A stretch of 64,000 nt of DNA from Octopus sinensis (GCF_006345805.1 NC_043007.1:33046001-33110000); one strand, 5' to 3'. Shown: positions 1 to 12,396, counted from the first letter of the stretch. Notes: generated by a model from the letters alone, not told the origin. Translations and numbers: made by a program.

Positions 1-236
1 AATTTAAAAAGTAAGTAAATAAATAAACATAAAAACGTCTAAATCACTTAGAGAGACAATTTGCCATACTTAGCGGATGCGCCAATGTGCAGACACATAA
101 TATACACACAGAAATGCGTAACAACATCGGCGCGATCACAGCGGACGCAAAGACACACGCACAGATGTAATGACACATACACACGCTCGCTCACACACAC
201 ATATACGAATATGTATATGTATACAATATTTATATA

Positions 237-288
<52 letters not shown>

Positions 289-310
289 GTTAATATATAT
301 ATATATATAT

Positions 311-484
311 ATTTATTATATAGAAGGAGCTTCTACAGGACTAGTACTGTTTCATTCAAGATTTCTCTTGAATGAAACAGTACTAGTCCTGTAGAAGCTC
401 CTTCTATATAATAAATTAATTTTACTCTGCTATGTATTGAGTACCTTACTTACTGTGGTTAACCCCGGATCAACCGGGACCTAC
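311..484. mobile_element. Snap-back element in (TA)n: perfect 51-bp inverted repeat carrying the 3' half of a hammerhead motif
   Basis: Arm 311-361 is the exact reverse complement of 366-416 (loop TTTC). GAAA(374-377)-cagtacta-GTC(386-388) lies in the arm. Flanked by (TA)n on both sides. Confidence 0.75.
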
Positions 485-547
<63 letters not shown>

Positions 548-1135
548 ATGTATGTATGTGTATATATATATAAATATACACATATATACACACACATATA
601 TACACACACATATATATATCTATACACATATATGCATGTATATATATTCGTATACACCTTCATGTACATGCATTCACACACATGCATACACACAATTTTA
701 TTTGTATATATATATATATGTGTGTGTGTATGTATGTGTGTGTGTTTCCGCCATTGTGTATGTGTGTGTATGTATTTATATATACACACAAACACACCCC
801 CAACACACATACAAACATACACACAAATGCACACACACATATCCGCCAGACACACACACACATACAAACACACACGCACACGAACACAAACACACATATA
901 TACACATGCATATATATCCATGTGCACATGCATGTGTGTGTGTTAGTACGCATTTGTACGTGTGTACGCATGCGCATGGGGGTAGGAGCGAGTGTGGTTG
1001 CGCGCGTGTGTACCTCTATGCTGAGTGTGTTTTTGTGCATGAGCGCATGTTTCTGTGTGCATGTGTGCATGTGTGTATGAGCATGTATGAGTGTACGTGT
1101 GCCTGTATATGAGTTTGTATGAGCGGATGTGTGTA
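485..1135. repeat. Compound (TA)n/(CA)n/(TG)n microsatellite
   Basis: Direct inspection; explains the Y/I/H/T/C/V-rich ORFs. Confidence 0.95.
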
Positions 1136-1490
1136 GATTAGCTGTACGCCAGTTCGTTAATATTCGTGTCCATTTTAGTAATTCATTCATATTCCTGCAC
1201 ATTGAACAAGTCTGGTGATAATGGTGATAAATACTATTAAACGATACATTTGTTTGGATTAATATACGACCAGAGTTATTAATGTTAGTCTGCATATTTA
1301 TGAAATTCTATTTTATCTTACTGGAAACAATTTCTCTGAGTTATACTAATGCTCAGATAAAGCAGACGATGTCGGCGACGACAATTTTGTACGATGTCTG
1401 ATAGCAAAGCGGTAAGATGCCCAAGTCTTGTTGACAACAGAATGTCGTCGGCAGCCTTTCATTTATTGTTGTCTCAAGTAATGGTTTTTG

Positions 1491-1802
1491 TTTAGCCCAA
1501 GGTCAGACCTCATTGGGCTGAGTTATGATTCAAAGAAATTCTAAATTTGGCCATCTCGCATTTGTTCTTCCTCCACAGAAGTAGAAGTGCTGCAAAAGTA
1601 GTCGTGACGATAGGACGTTGGATCATCAAGTTTTGTTATTGCGTGACGTTGCTGCTCTTTAGCTCCAGGTCAGGTCAACCTTGTTTAAATAAAGTTATGA
1701 TTCAAAGGAATTCCAAACTTGGTCATCGCGCACTGGATCTTCTTTCACAGAAGTAGAAAAGCTGAAAAGATAGCATTGATGATAGGATGTTAGAGCATCA
1801 AA
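1491..1802. repeat. Diverged ~170-bp tandem duplication
   Basis: tttagc..ggtcag..gttatgattcaaag..cacagaagtagaa..gatagga..catcaa occurs twice (from ~1491 and ~1659). Confidence 0.6.
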
Positions 1803-1810
1803 CGTTTCTT

Positions 1811-2040
1811 ATTTCTTTATTGCCCACAAGGGGCTAAACACAGAGAGGACAAACAAGGACAGACAAAGGGATTAAGTCGACTACATTGACTCCAGTGCGT
1901 AACTGATACTTAATTTATCGACCCCGAAAGGATGAAAGGCAAAGTCGACCTCGGCGGAATTTGAACTCAGAACGTAACGACAGACGAAATACCACTAAGC
2001 ATTTCGCTCAGCGTGCAAACGTTTCTGCCAGCTCGCTACC
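1811..2040 (-). mobile_element. SINE family B (GGCGGCGAGCTGGCAGAAACGTTAGC... head)
   Basis: Same ~225-bp sequence recurs >10 times; contains B-box-like GAGTTCAAATTCC. Confidence 0.85.
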
Positions 2041-2477
2041 TTATACATATACATTATATCAGCAACAACAAAAATGGAAAACGTACTTTACTTCTCCTTT
2101 GCTTCAAGATTCATTACATCCTATTACAGTTTGTGCGATTTAGAACAAAAATTGAAATTGAATCCTTGTACACATTTCCCTCGATAATTATTCAAGAATT
2201 TCCAATTATCAACAAGGTGGAAATGTTACTTTCTCAAATAATGAATGAACTATACACTGATAATAGTCATATCAAAAAAAAGACATTTTCTTATTCAATT
2301 ATTTCATCAAAATTGAAATTTCATTGATAAATATAAATTCAACACACTTATTATTTCTCCTTGTTTTGTGTGCTTTACACATATATTACTAAAGACATCA
2401 GAATAACAAAGGTATTTTTTTTCCAAGTAAATGGATGAATCTATTACTTTCATAAGGGAATTAAATTGGTAATTGTG

Positions 2478-2860
2478 TGAGGCTGTGTGATTAGAAGTCT
2501 TCTTCGTAACTATATGATATTGTGTTCAGTCTCACTGCGTGGCATCTTAGGCATGTGTCTTCTGCTATAGCCTCAGGTCGGCGAAAGTCTTGTGAGTGGA
2601 TTTGGTAGATGGAAACTGAAGGAAACCCGTCGAATATGTGTGTGTGTGAGTGTTTGTGTGTGCGCGCGTGCGTATCTTGTTGTCTGTGTTTGTTACCCAG
2701 CACTGTTGGACAATTGATAGTAGTGTGTTTACATCCTCGTAACTTAGCGTTTCGGTAAAAGAGAAAGATGGAGTTAAGGACCAGTCTGGAATAAAATAAA
2801 TATAAGTAATGGAATCGATTCATTTGACAAAAAAATTTTGATCTCAGTCCAGTGAGTAAA
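2478..2860 (+). mobile_element. SINE family A (tRNA-derived, internal TA/TG microsatellite), diverged
   Basis: Similarity to intact copies at 16829 and 56017. Confidence 0.75.
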
Positions 2861-3160
2861 AAAGATCTTGGAACGTAGAATTAATAAGACATCTGCTGAT
2901 ATATCTTTGCGTTATCTATAAGAGGTATTGATTATCTCAGAACGAACTCCCCAGTTAACTAGGCTCTCCGTGAGGCATCTGCGTTATGTATGACACACAG
3001 ATTGCTATTTTAGATAAACACTGCTTCTGTTGCACGCATCGAATTTTTATTCAGCCAGCCGGCTCATTGCAACGTCAGAGATTTTCCAATTACTATTTCC
3101 CTATACCAAAGACGGCGGATTTTATCTTCGCATGCGGTTGCCTGTGGGTACTTGCGATAT

Positions 3161-3212
<52 letters not shown>

Positions 3213-3214
3213 GG

Positions 3215-3564
3215 GTAAAGACCCCTTCGGTCATGAAGGACCATGGGATTGCACCTAGAAAGTTACCCTCCTAGACACAGGTCCGGGCAAGGTTGTTTAT
3301 GGAAGGCTAGCAGTCGCCCATGCATACCAGCCTCCCCTCTCCACGCCACCAGTGTTATCCAAGGGAAAGACAAAGGTCGATACAGCTTGGCACCTGTGAC
3401 GTCGCAACTCATTTCTACAGCTGAGTGAACTGGAGCAACGTGAAATAAAGTGCCTTGCTCGAGAACACAACACGCAGCCCGGATTCGAGCTCACAACCTC
3501 ACGATCGTAAGCTCGACGCTCTAACCACTGAGCCATGCGCCTTCACTGAGCCATGCGCCTTCAC
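3215..3564 (-). mobile_element. SINE family C (tRNA head)
   Basis: Minus strand TGGCTCAGTGG A-box and GAGCTCGAATCC B-box-like; copies at 10525 and 45275. Confidence 0.85.
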
Positions 3565-3587
3565 ATATATATATATATACATATATT

Positions 3588-3621
<34 letters not shown>

Positions 3622-4159
3622 TATATGTATGTATGTATTTATGCATATACACACACTCGCACATATCCAATCAATAACTATGAAAGTATGAAAGATTTAA
3701 ATCATTCAGTGACGACCGAACAGGACTATTGCAGATATCGTGTTGCGTTCATAATTAGTGACAAGATGTTATGCGTCTGCGGTAAATATATAACTGGCAG
3801 GCAAGATAAAAAGACACGCTGCTCTAATAGGATTTTCCCGAGAGTAGAATATCTACCAGGAATAATTCTGTATAAATAGTCAGTTTCTTAAGTATGTATT
3901 CGTATTAGCTGAGTGGATATGTGTGTAATTTACTAGAAAACTGATAAATTTGTTGTCCGTTCTCTCGATGTATTCAGTCTCCTGCTCTATCGTTCTTTCT
4001 CGCCCTGTTGTTATCTTTTCCATTTTGTTTCCTCCTATTTCGCACTGGATTCTTTTTTCAATCTCCTCCTTCTGTCTCTCTTTCTCTCTGTACTCGTACA
4101 CATATCCATGTGCGATTGCATGTAAATAGATATACGTATACGTTTATAAATATATAAAA

Positions 4160-4387
4160 AACTTTATTGCCCACAAGGGGCTAAACATAGAGGGTACAAA
4201 CAAGGACAACAAACGGATTAAGTCGATTACACCGACCCCAGTGCGTAACTGATACTTTATTTATCGACCCCTAAAGGATGAAAGGCAAACTCGACTTCGG
4301 CGGAATTTGAACTCAGAACGTAACGGCAGACGAAATACGGCTACGCATTTCACCCGGCGTGCTAACGGTTCTGCCAGCTCGGCGCCT
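4160..4387 (-). mobile_element. SINE family B with 20-bp target-site duplication
   Basis: TSD tatacgtttataaatatata at 4137-4156 and 4388-4407. Confidence 0.9.
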
Positions 4388-4407
4388 TATACGTTTATAA
4401 ATATATA

Positions 4408-4630
4408 TTTCTTTACTACCCACAAGGGGCTAAACATAGAGGGGACAAACAAGGACAGACAAACGGATTAAGTCGATTATATCGACCACAGTAACAGGTA
4501 CTTATTTAATCGACCCCGAAAGGATGAAAGGCAAAGTCGACCTCGGCGGAATTTGAACTCAGAACGTAGCGGCAGATGAAATACCGCTAAGAATGTCGCC
4601 TGGTGTGCTAACGTTTCTGCCAGCTCGCCT
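4408..4630 (-). mobile_element. SINE family B
   Basis: Full-length match to other B copies. Confidence 0.88.
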
Positions 4631-4759
4631 TTATAAATATAGACTTTCATTCTTGGATGTAAGCATGCACGTTTTATTCATGTTTGTGTTTGCATATATG
4701 TATGCGTGTAAGAATGTATGTATATATAAATATTTATACATACATACATACATACATAC

Positions 4760-4995
4760 TCTTTTTTACTCTTTTACACTTATTTGTTTCAGTCATTTGA
4801 CTGCAGCCGTGCTGGAGCACGGCATTTGCTCGAACAAATCGACCCCAGGACTTATTCTTTGTAAGCCTAGTACTTATTCTATCGGTCTCTTTTGTCGAAC
4901 CACTAAGTTACGGGACGTAAACACACCAGCATCGGTTGTCAAGCGATGTTGGGGGGACAAATACAAACCACACACACACACACACACACACACAC

Positions 4996-5066
<71 letters not shown>

Positions 5067-5071
5067 ATATA
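4760..5071 (-). mobile_element. SINE family A, 3' half (split by the ribozyme array)
   Basis: Tail half ends in its internal (CA)n(TA)n; the matching head half resumes at ~8075. Confidence 0.85.
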
Positions 5072-5258
5072 TAAGCAATTAAGGGTTTAGCAACGAATTG
5101 CCTTACCACACACCGAATTTAGAAATAGCAGTCAAAGAGATTATAGCTATTTCTTCTACTAAAAGGAAGATCACAGTAAAGGCACAGCATTTGAAAGGCA
5201 AACACAAACAGGTAAAAGAGAATGAATTAACGGCAATCTATCATACAGTTTTAAGTCA

Positions 5259-5350
5259 TCTACGGACGTACGTTTCGAGATCAAGTCTTAGGAAAGCATA
5301 AGAATTAGATAACTCTACTTTACCCAGACTTCTTCTTTCATCAGCGCAGG
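5259..5350 (-). ncRNA. Type I hammerhead ribozyme, unit 1
   Basis: cctgcg-CTGATGA-long stem II-GAAA-cgtac-GTC-cgtag. Confidence 0.85.
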
Positions 5351-5836
5351 ATACTAACAATCATGAATGATTGAATATTGAATTTTGAGATACTAGAAGG
5401 CACCAACTCAACTCAGTATCAGAGCGAGCTAGAAGCCACAGCTAGTATCACCAAATTCAAAGTATGAATGAAAGCTTGTGTCACCAGTCCCTTCCCACCG
5501 CGTGTAGCCAAGACAAAGTGCTGTGGTCATTTACTGGATGAATATGGTTTATGAGTAACAATGAAGGGTGAAATTAATTTGGAACATTATCAATTACACC
5601 AAGTAGTCTTCGGCATGTAAAAGCCTCATTCGAGGAAAATTTAAGTAATTCTAAGCAATTAAGGGTTTAGCAACGAATGCCTTACCACACACCGAATTTA
5701 GAAATAGAGTCAAAGAGATTATAGCTATTTCTTCTACTAAAAGGAAGATCACAGTAAAGGCACAGCATTTGAAAGGCAAACACAAACAGGTAAAAGAGAA
5801 TGAATTAACGGCAATCTATCATACAGTTTTAAGTCA

Positions 5837-5927
5837 CCTACGGACGTACGTTTCGAGATCAAGTCTTAGGAAAGCATAAGAATTAGATAATTCTACTTTA
5901 CCCAGACTTCTTCTTCATCAGCGCAGG
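5837..5927 (-). ncRNA. Type I hammerhead ribozyme, unit 2
   Basis: Same motif, intact core. Confidence 0.87.
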
Positions 5928-6421
5928 ATACTAACAATCATGAATGATTGAATATGAATTTTGAGATACTAGAAGGCACCAACTCAACTCAGTATCAGAG
6001 CGAGCTAGAAGCCACAGCTAGTATCACCAAATTCAAAAGGGAATGAAAGCTTGTGTCACCAGTCCCTTCCCACCCGCGTGTAGCCAAGACAAAGTGCTGT
6101 GGTCAGTTACTGGGTGAATATGGTTTATGAGTAACAAAATGAAGGGTGAAATTAATTAATTGGACACAATTATCAATTACACCAAGTAGTCTTCGGCATG
6201 TAAAAGCCTCTTCGAGGAGGAAATTTAAGTAATTCTAAGCAATTAAGGGTTAGCAACGAATTGCCTTACCACACACCGAATTTAGAAATAGCAGTCAAAG
6301 AGATTATAGCTATTTCTTCTACTAAAAGGGAGATCACAGTAAGGCACAGCATTTGAAAGGCAAACACAAACAGTATAAAAGAGAATGAATTAACGGCAAT
6401 CTATCATACAGTTTTAAGTCA

Positions 6422-6512
6422 CCTACGGACGTACGTTTTGAGATCAAGTCTTCGGAAAGCATAAGAATTAGATAACTCTACTTACCCAGACTTCTTCTTT
6501 CATCAGCGCAGG
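6422..6512 (-). ncRNA. Type I hammerhead, unit 3 (GAAA read as AAAA)
   Basis: gtacgttttg instead of gtacgtttcg: a G12A mutation or a sequencing error. Confidence 0.7.
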
Positions 6513-7005
6513 ATACTAACAATCATGAATGATTGAATATTGAATTTTGAGATACTAGAAGGCACCAACTCAACTCAGTATCAGAGCGAGCTAGAAGCCA
6601 CAGCTAGTATCACCAAATTCAAAGTATGAATGAAAGCTTGTGTCACCAGTCCCTTCCCCCCGCGCGTGTAGCCAGACAAAGTGCTGTGGTCATTTACTGG
6701 GATGAATATGGTTTATGAGTAACAATGAAGGGGGTGAAATTAATTAATTTGGAACAATTATCATTACACCAAGTAGTCTTCGGCATGTAAAAGCCTCATT
6801 CGAGGAAAATTTAAGTAATTCTAAGCAATTAAGGGTTTAGCAACGAATTGCCTTACCACACACCGAATTTAGAAATAGCAGTCAAAGAGATTATAGCTAT
6901 TCTTCTACTAAAAGGGAGATCACAGTAAAGGCACAGCATTTGAAAGGCAAACACAAACAGGTAAAAAGAATGAATTAACGGCAATCTATCATACAGTTTT
7001 AGTCA

Positions 7006-7095
7006 CCTACGGACGTACGTTTCGAGATCAAGTCTTAGGAAAGCATAAGAATTAGATAACTCACTTTACCCAGACTTCTTCTTCATCAGCGCAGG
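7006..7095 (-). ncRNA. Type I hammerhead ribozyme, unit 4
   Basis: Same motif, intact core. Confidence 0.87.
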
Positions 7096-7634
7096 ATACT
7101 AACAATCATGAATGATTGAATATTGAATTGAGATACTAGAAGGCACCAACTCAACTCAGTATCAGAGCGAGCTAGAAGCCACAGCTAGTATCACCAAATT
7201 CAAAGTATGAATGAAAGCTTGTGTCACCAGTCCCTTTTAGTAGAAGAAATAGCTATAATCTCTTTGACTGCTATTTCTAAATTCGGTGTGTGGTAAGGCA
7301 ATTCGTTGCTAAACCCTTAATTGCTTAGTATTACTTAAATTTTCCTCGAATGAGGCTTTTACATGCCGAAGACTACTTGGTGTAATTGATAATTGTTCCA
7401 AATTAATTAATTTCACCCTTCATTGTTACTCATAAACCATATTCATCCCAGTAAATGACCACAGCACTTTGTCTTGGCTACACGCGGGTGGGAAGGGACT
7501 GGTGACACAAGCTTTCATTCATACTTTGAATTTGGTGATACTAGCTGTGGCTTCTAGCTCGCTCTGATACTGAGTTGAGTTGGTGCCTTCTAGTATCTCA
7601 AAATTCATATTCAATCATTCATGATTGTTAGTAT

Positions 7635-7724
7635 CCTGCGCTGATGAAGAAGAAGTCTGGTAAAGTAGAGTTATCTAATTCTTATGCTTTCCTAAGACTT
7701 GATCTCGAAACGTACGTCCGTAGG
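7635..7724 (+). ncRNA. Type I hammerhead ribozyme, inverted unit
   Basis: Stem I cctgcg(7635-40)/cgtagg(7719-24); CTGATGA 7641-47; stem II aagtct..aaagta/tgcttt..agactt; GAAA 7707-10; palindromic cgtacg; GUC 7716-18. Confidence 0.88.
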
Positions 7725-8020
7725 TGATAAAACTGTATGATAGATTGCCGTTAATTCATTCTTTTTTACCTGTTTGTGTTTGCCTTTCAAATGTTGTGCC
7801 TTTACTGTGATCTTCTTTTAGTAGAAGAAATAGCTATAATCTCTTTGACTGCTATTTCTAAATTCGGTGTGTGGTAAGGCAATCGTTGCTAAACCCTTAA
7901 TTGCTTAGAATTACTTAAATTTTCCTCGAATGAGGCTTTTACATGCCGAAGACTACTTGGTGTAATTGATAATTGTTCCAATTAATTAATTTCACCCTTC
8001 ATTGTTACTTATATATCTAT

Positions 8021-8053
<33 letters not shown>

Positions 8054-8074
8054 TATACATATATATACATATAT

Positions 8075-8212
8075 ACGACGAGCTTTTATTCAGTTTCCGT
8101 CTAACAACTCCACTCACAAAGCTTTGGTCTGCCCGAGGCTATAGTAGAAGACACTTGCCCAAGGTGCCACGCAGTGGGAATGAACCAGGAACCTTATGGT
8201 TGGTAAGCAAGA
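8075..8212 (-). mobile_element. SINE family A, 5' half
   Basis: Continues the SINE interrupted at 5071. Confidence 0.85.
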
Positions 8213-8695
8213 TGCTTTTATTATTTTATATATATCAATATGTATATAGACATCATAACGCCTATATATATATATACACACATATATATATACTTATATA
8301 ATTACATACATATGCACATGTATATATCTGTGTACGAATGTGTGGCTTTATTTCATTTATGTCAAAACCAATCACAATACAACATTTCATGTTGTGACAG
8401 GGATTGTACTTGGGAAGGCATCAATGATATCACACACATTTTCTGTAGTTAATTACATTACTTAATTAATTAATTACTTGGTTAATTAAAATAAAGAAGT
8501 AGACTGCCTGTGCTTAATCATTTTAAAAAGGAGACTTCCATATGACATTTATATACACACATGTAGTCAGAAATATATACATTTGTTTGTGTGTTGTGGT
8601 GTGTGTGTGTGGTGTGTGTGTGTGTGTGTGTATGTCATTTGTAGGAATACATAAATCCGAGGGAGAAGCACACTCTAAGGTGTAGAGCAGTTGAT

Positions 8696-8929
8696 ATTAT
8701 AATGGGGGACGGTTTATGGGGGTTACTCTGCGTCTCTTGCTCATAAGGGGTTTGCCTAACGGCGTATTTTCGGACTCCAGACACTGCTGGCGTAGGACCT
8801 CTTCAAAATATAATATTTTGAAGAGTTCTTAGGTCAGCAGTGTTTGGTGCCTGGAGATATGCTGTAAGGCTAAAGCCCTTATCAGGGAGAAACCCAGGGT
8901 AACCTCATAAACCGGCACCCGTTATAATA
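8696..8929 (+). repeat. Long imperfect hairpin (~115-bp arms) abutting (TA)n
   Basis: Arms align end to end around ctcttcaaaatat/atattttgaagag. Confidence 0.85.
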
Positions 8930-8930
8930 T

Positions 8931-8971
<41 letters not shown>

Positions 8972-8976
<5 letters not shown>

Positions 8977-9136
8977 GAGTAATTGAATGAATCATCTTAT
9001 TAAGGATAATCGAAAGATAACCGATTACATGGGTACTCCTTATTCCTCGGAATTAGGAATATGCAGCCTTCGAAACATATGTCGAGAATAAAGGATACTT
9101 GTTAACTAGTCGTTCAACTCCATTCTTTCATATACT

Positions 9137-9137
<1 letters not shown>
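8972..9137 (+). mobile_element. Fragment of the 41.4-kb HHR family (inverted 3' end plus 3' half of HHR)
   Basis: GAAAcatatGTC at 9072-9083; 8972-9036 is the reverse complement of ~41710-41769; (TA)n flanks. Confidence 0.75.
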
Positions 9138-9197
<60 letters not shown>

Positions 9198-9509
9198 AGA
9201 GAGAGGAGGGGGACAGACAGAGATAGTGACAGAGACAGAGACTCAAGAGCTGTCACCTAGAGATGCCCAATAGAGAAATCATGTAATAGTACTCAAATGA
9301 TTTGAACTTAAATTCTGGAATCTTTATCGAGGACTAGGTCCACGGAGTAAAGCATGGTTGCAAAAAAATCCACACGAGTTGATAATGGAAATAGTGATGC
9401 AGATAAAACTCCATTAGAACTGATACATAGAAATAAACATATATCATACGCATAGATATATACAAAAAGAAATATATATAATCTTGGATCTAAACTTTAT
9501 GTATATGAT

Positions 9510-9545
<36 letters not shown>

Positions 9546-9619
9546 ATATATATATAGTTAAATAAATTTTACAGAAACATAACAAATACCGAACACTAAT
9601 GAGTGAATGCATAATCTTT

Positions 9620-9711
9620 TTTAAATTGACAGCTGTTTCTGCAAGCTAGAATATACATATGCTATTTAAGCTCAATTAGTTTTAAGAGAATTTTATTATC
9701 CAACATTTAAA
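9620..9711 (-). ncRNA. Decayed hammerhead-like motif
   Basis: Stem I tttaaat/atttaaa and GAAA-cagctg-TC; the 5' core reads TTGGATAA. Confidence 0.4.
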
Positions 9712-9979
9712 TTGAAGTTGGATGTTTTCTTGATGAAACCATTCAAATCTGACTCGTCATCGTCATCTGTGACGGATTGCTGTGATGAAAATTTAGTCAC
9801 AGAATTTTAACCAAGCGCAGGCGTAGCTGTATGGTAAGAAGGTTCATTCCCGGAGCAGCGATCGGCGGGCGTCGTTGCTTCTCTCATCAATATCATTATT
9901 TTGTTCATCATTTCATATCATTTGTGTTATTGTCCAGCCCGCATTTGCTTCTATCTTTGCTTTTATGGCAAATCTGAGG

Positions 9980-10345
9980 AAATAAAGAAGGTTGCTTCCC
10001 AACTACATGGTTCCGGGATCATGGCACATTGATCCTCTACTATAGCCTCGAATCGACGAAAGCCATGTGTGTGGACTTGCTTGACGGAAACTGAAAGTAA
10101 CCTGTCGTGTATGTGTGTGTGTGTCTTTGTGTCTGTATTTGTCACCCCGCTAGTTCTTGACAACACGTGTTGGTGTGTTTACGCCACCTTAACTTAGCGG
10201 TTCTATAAAAGAGACCGATGGAATAAGTACAGAGCTTAAAGGCAAATAAATCCTGGGGTAGATTTGTTCAACTAAAGTCCTTCAAGGGGTGCCCCAGCAT
10301 GGCGACAGTTAAATGGCTGTAACAAATAAAAGCTAAAAGAGAAAA
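9980..10345 (+). mobile_element. SINE family A, diverged
   Basis: Similarity to other A copies. Confidence 0.75.
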
Positions 10346-10525
10346 GAAGTACATTTCCCATGGATGAGGTAACAAGGCAAGCTCATTGCTACTTCGACAA
10401 GATTATTTCACGTCTACAATTTTCAGATATGCCAGAGAGATAACTGGCGAATATAAAAGGTGCTCTAAGTTTTGATATTTTGGGTTTTGAGCTTTGAGAA
10501 CTTGATCAAGAAACCTGTCCATTGA

Positions 10526-10864
10526 GACCCCCTTCGGTCACGACACTGACCATGGGATTGGACCTAGAAAGTTACCCTCCCGGGCACAAGTCCGGGCAAG
10601 GTTGTTTATGGAAGACCAGTAGTCGCCCATGCATGCTGCCCCCCCCCCTCTCCACGCCACCAGTGTTATCCAAGGGAAAGGCAAAGGTCAATACAGAATG
10701 GCACCTGTGACATCGCAACTCATTTCTACAGCGGAGTGAACTGGAGCAACGTGAAATAAAGTGTCTTGCTGAAGAACACAACACGCAGCCCGTTCCGGGA
10801 TTCGAGCTCATAACATCACGATCGTAAGCTCGAAGCTCTAACCACTGAGCCATGCGCCTTCACA
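10526..10864 (-). mobile_element. SINE family C with TSD
   Basis: TSD ctgtccattga at 10515-10525 and 10869-10879. Confidence 0.9.
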
Positions 10865-11434
10865 TAATCTGTCCATTGATAACCTGAATGTAAGAGCAGA
10901 GTACTTTCCTTCTATTCATTTAATACAAGTTCCAAACAATCAAATTCATTCCTGTGTCTGCTGCTTAAATAACAATCTAATTGAACATACAGCTCCTACA
11001 AAATTTGTTCACTCAAAATTTAAACCAAAATGTAAATAACTCTGTCTAAAAGGGTTTTCTTTCTTTTTTTTCCCCCTCTCCTTGAGAAGAATAAGGTCGT
11101 CAGCTATTTGCAATCGTTCACAGATTTTTCAGTTGTGAATTATCCACTCTTTGTCTCTGACTAACGCGAATTTTATTCAATCAACGAAGTAGTGCAAGCT
11201 CGACCACAAACCGGATAACTGTCTAGGCACATATCTAATTAGATAGATGGATAGATACGTAGATAGGTAAGTGTACGAGCATATGTGCGTTTGTGCATGG
11301 AGGGGGGGTAGGTTATTGTATACATGTATGTGTGTATACGATTTCTATGTAGTAAAGTCATATTAATTCAAGCAAATAAGCATATATATATTATATATAT
11401 ATTATATATATATAATATAATATATATATATATT

Positions 11435-11465
<31 letters not shown>

Positions 11466-11658
11466 GTATATGTATATGTATGTATGTATGTATATACACA
11501 CACATATATAATGAAATAATATAACTGAAGAAGTTGACATTTATATATGTAGATCCATGTGCATGCATATATAAATATGATATATATATATATAATATAG
11601 ATGATATGTATTATACAAGTGTGTGTGTTATGTGTGTGTGTGCGTGTGTGTGTGTGGT

Positions 11659-11691
<33 letters not shown>

Positions 11692-12019
11692 TTATATGTT
11701 TATGCATTTCATTTTCGACGTTCCCGTTACAAAAACCAATGTGCGCTACCAAATGAGTTGCACTAATTACGTTCTCTAGAAAACAAACAAAAATATTAAC
11801 AGCTCTCTCTCTCACTCTCTCTCCCTCTCTCTCTTTCTCTCTCTCTCTTCCTCTCACTGTGTCTCTCTTTTCCTATGCCTGAGTTAATGTGTTTCAGCAG
11901 TTGTAAATCGATTTTCCCCTCTTCAATATAGCTTCTTGTTATCGTTTTAGATCGAGACAATACATCGCTTATTTACAGTCGCTATTCGCAAAACAAAACT
12001 TATAGAGCCAAACATCTAG

Positions 12020-12033
12020 TTATCATCATCACG

Positions 12034-12065
<32 letters not shown>

Positions 12066-12118
12066 CATCGTCATCATCATCATCATCATCATCATCATCG
12101 TCATTATTATTATTATTA

Positions 12119-12163
<45 letters not shown>

Positions 12164-12166
12164 TAT
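12020..12166. repeat. (CAT)n(ATT)n microsatellite
   Basis: Direct inspection. Confidence 0.95.
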
Positions 12167-12396
12167 GCTATTTCACTTCTCATTAGCACACATTAAATTC
12201 ACTCAAACTCAGGCGCTGGTGGTTAGATGCATGTGAGTGTGTATATTTATGTATATGAATGCGTGTGCATATATATATAATATATATTATATATATAATA
12301 TATATAATATATATATATATATAACCCATATATACAACCATATATATATATTAACATATATGTATATGCATAATAAGTAATATAAGTATGTGTGTG

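Larger units (their letters stand above)
5072..8009. mobile_element. Tandem/inverted array of ~580-bp hammerhead-containing units (retrozyme / PLE-satellite)
   Basis: Units start at 5072, 5652, 6236 and 6822; inverted copy 7231-8009. One HHR per unit, no coding capacity, (TA)n flanks. Confidence 0.9.

Noticed and set aside
61-1295. Many 100-200 aa ORFs rich in Y/I/H/T/C/V (here and throughout)
   Set aside because: Translations of stop-poor microsatellites.
2144-2411. Possible host exons (also ~35217 onward)
   Set aside because: Only generic AG/GT signals; no recognisable protein similarity.
3470-3545. tRNA genes at SINE heads (also 10790-10862, 14530-14605, 45515-45590)
   Set aside because: Continuous with SINE bodies; cloverleaf not intact.
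5072-8009. CRISPR array or plain satellite DNA
   Set aside because: No repeat-spacer structure in eukaryotic DNA; each unit has a ribozyme and the array is a discrete insert within a SINE.
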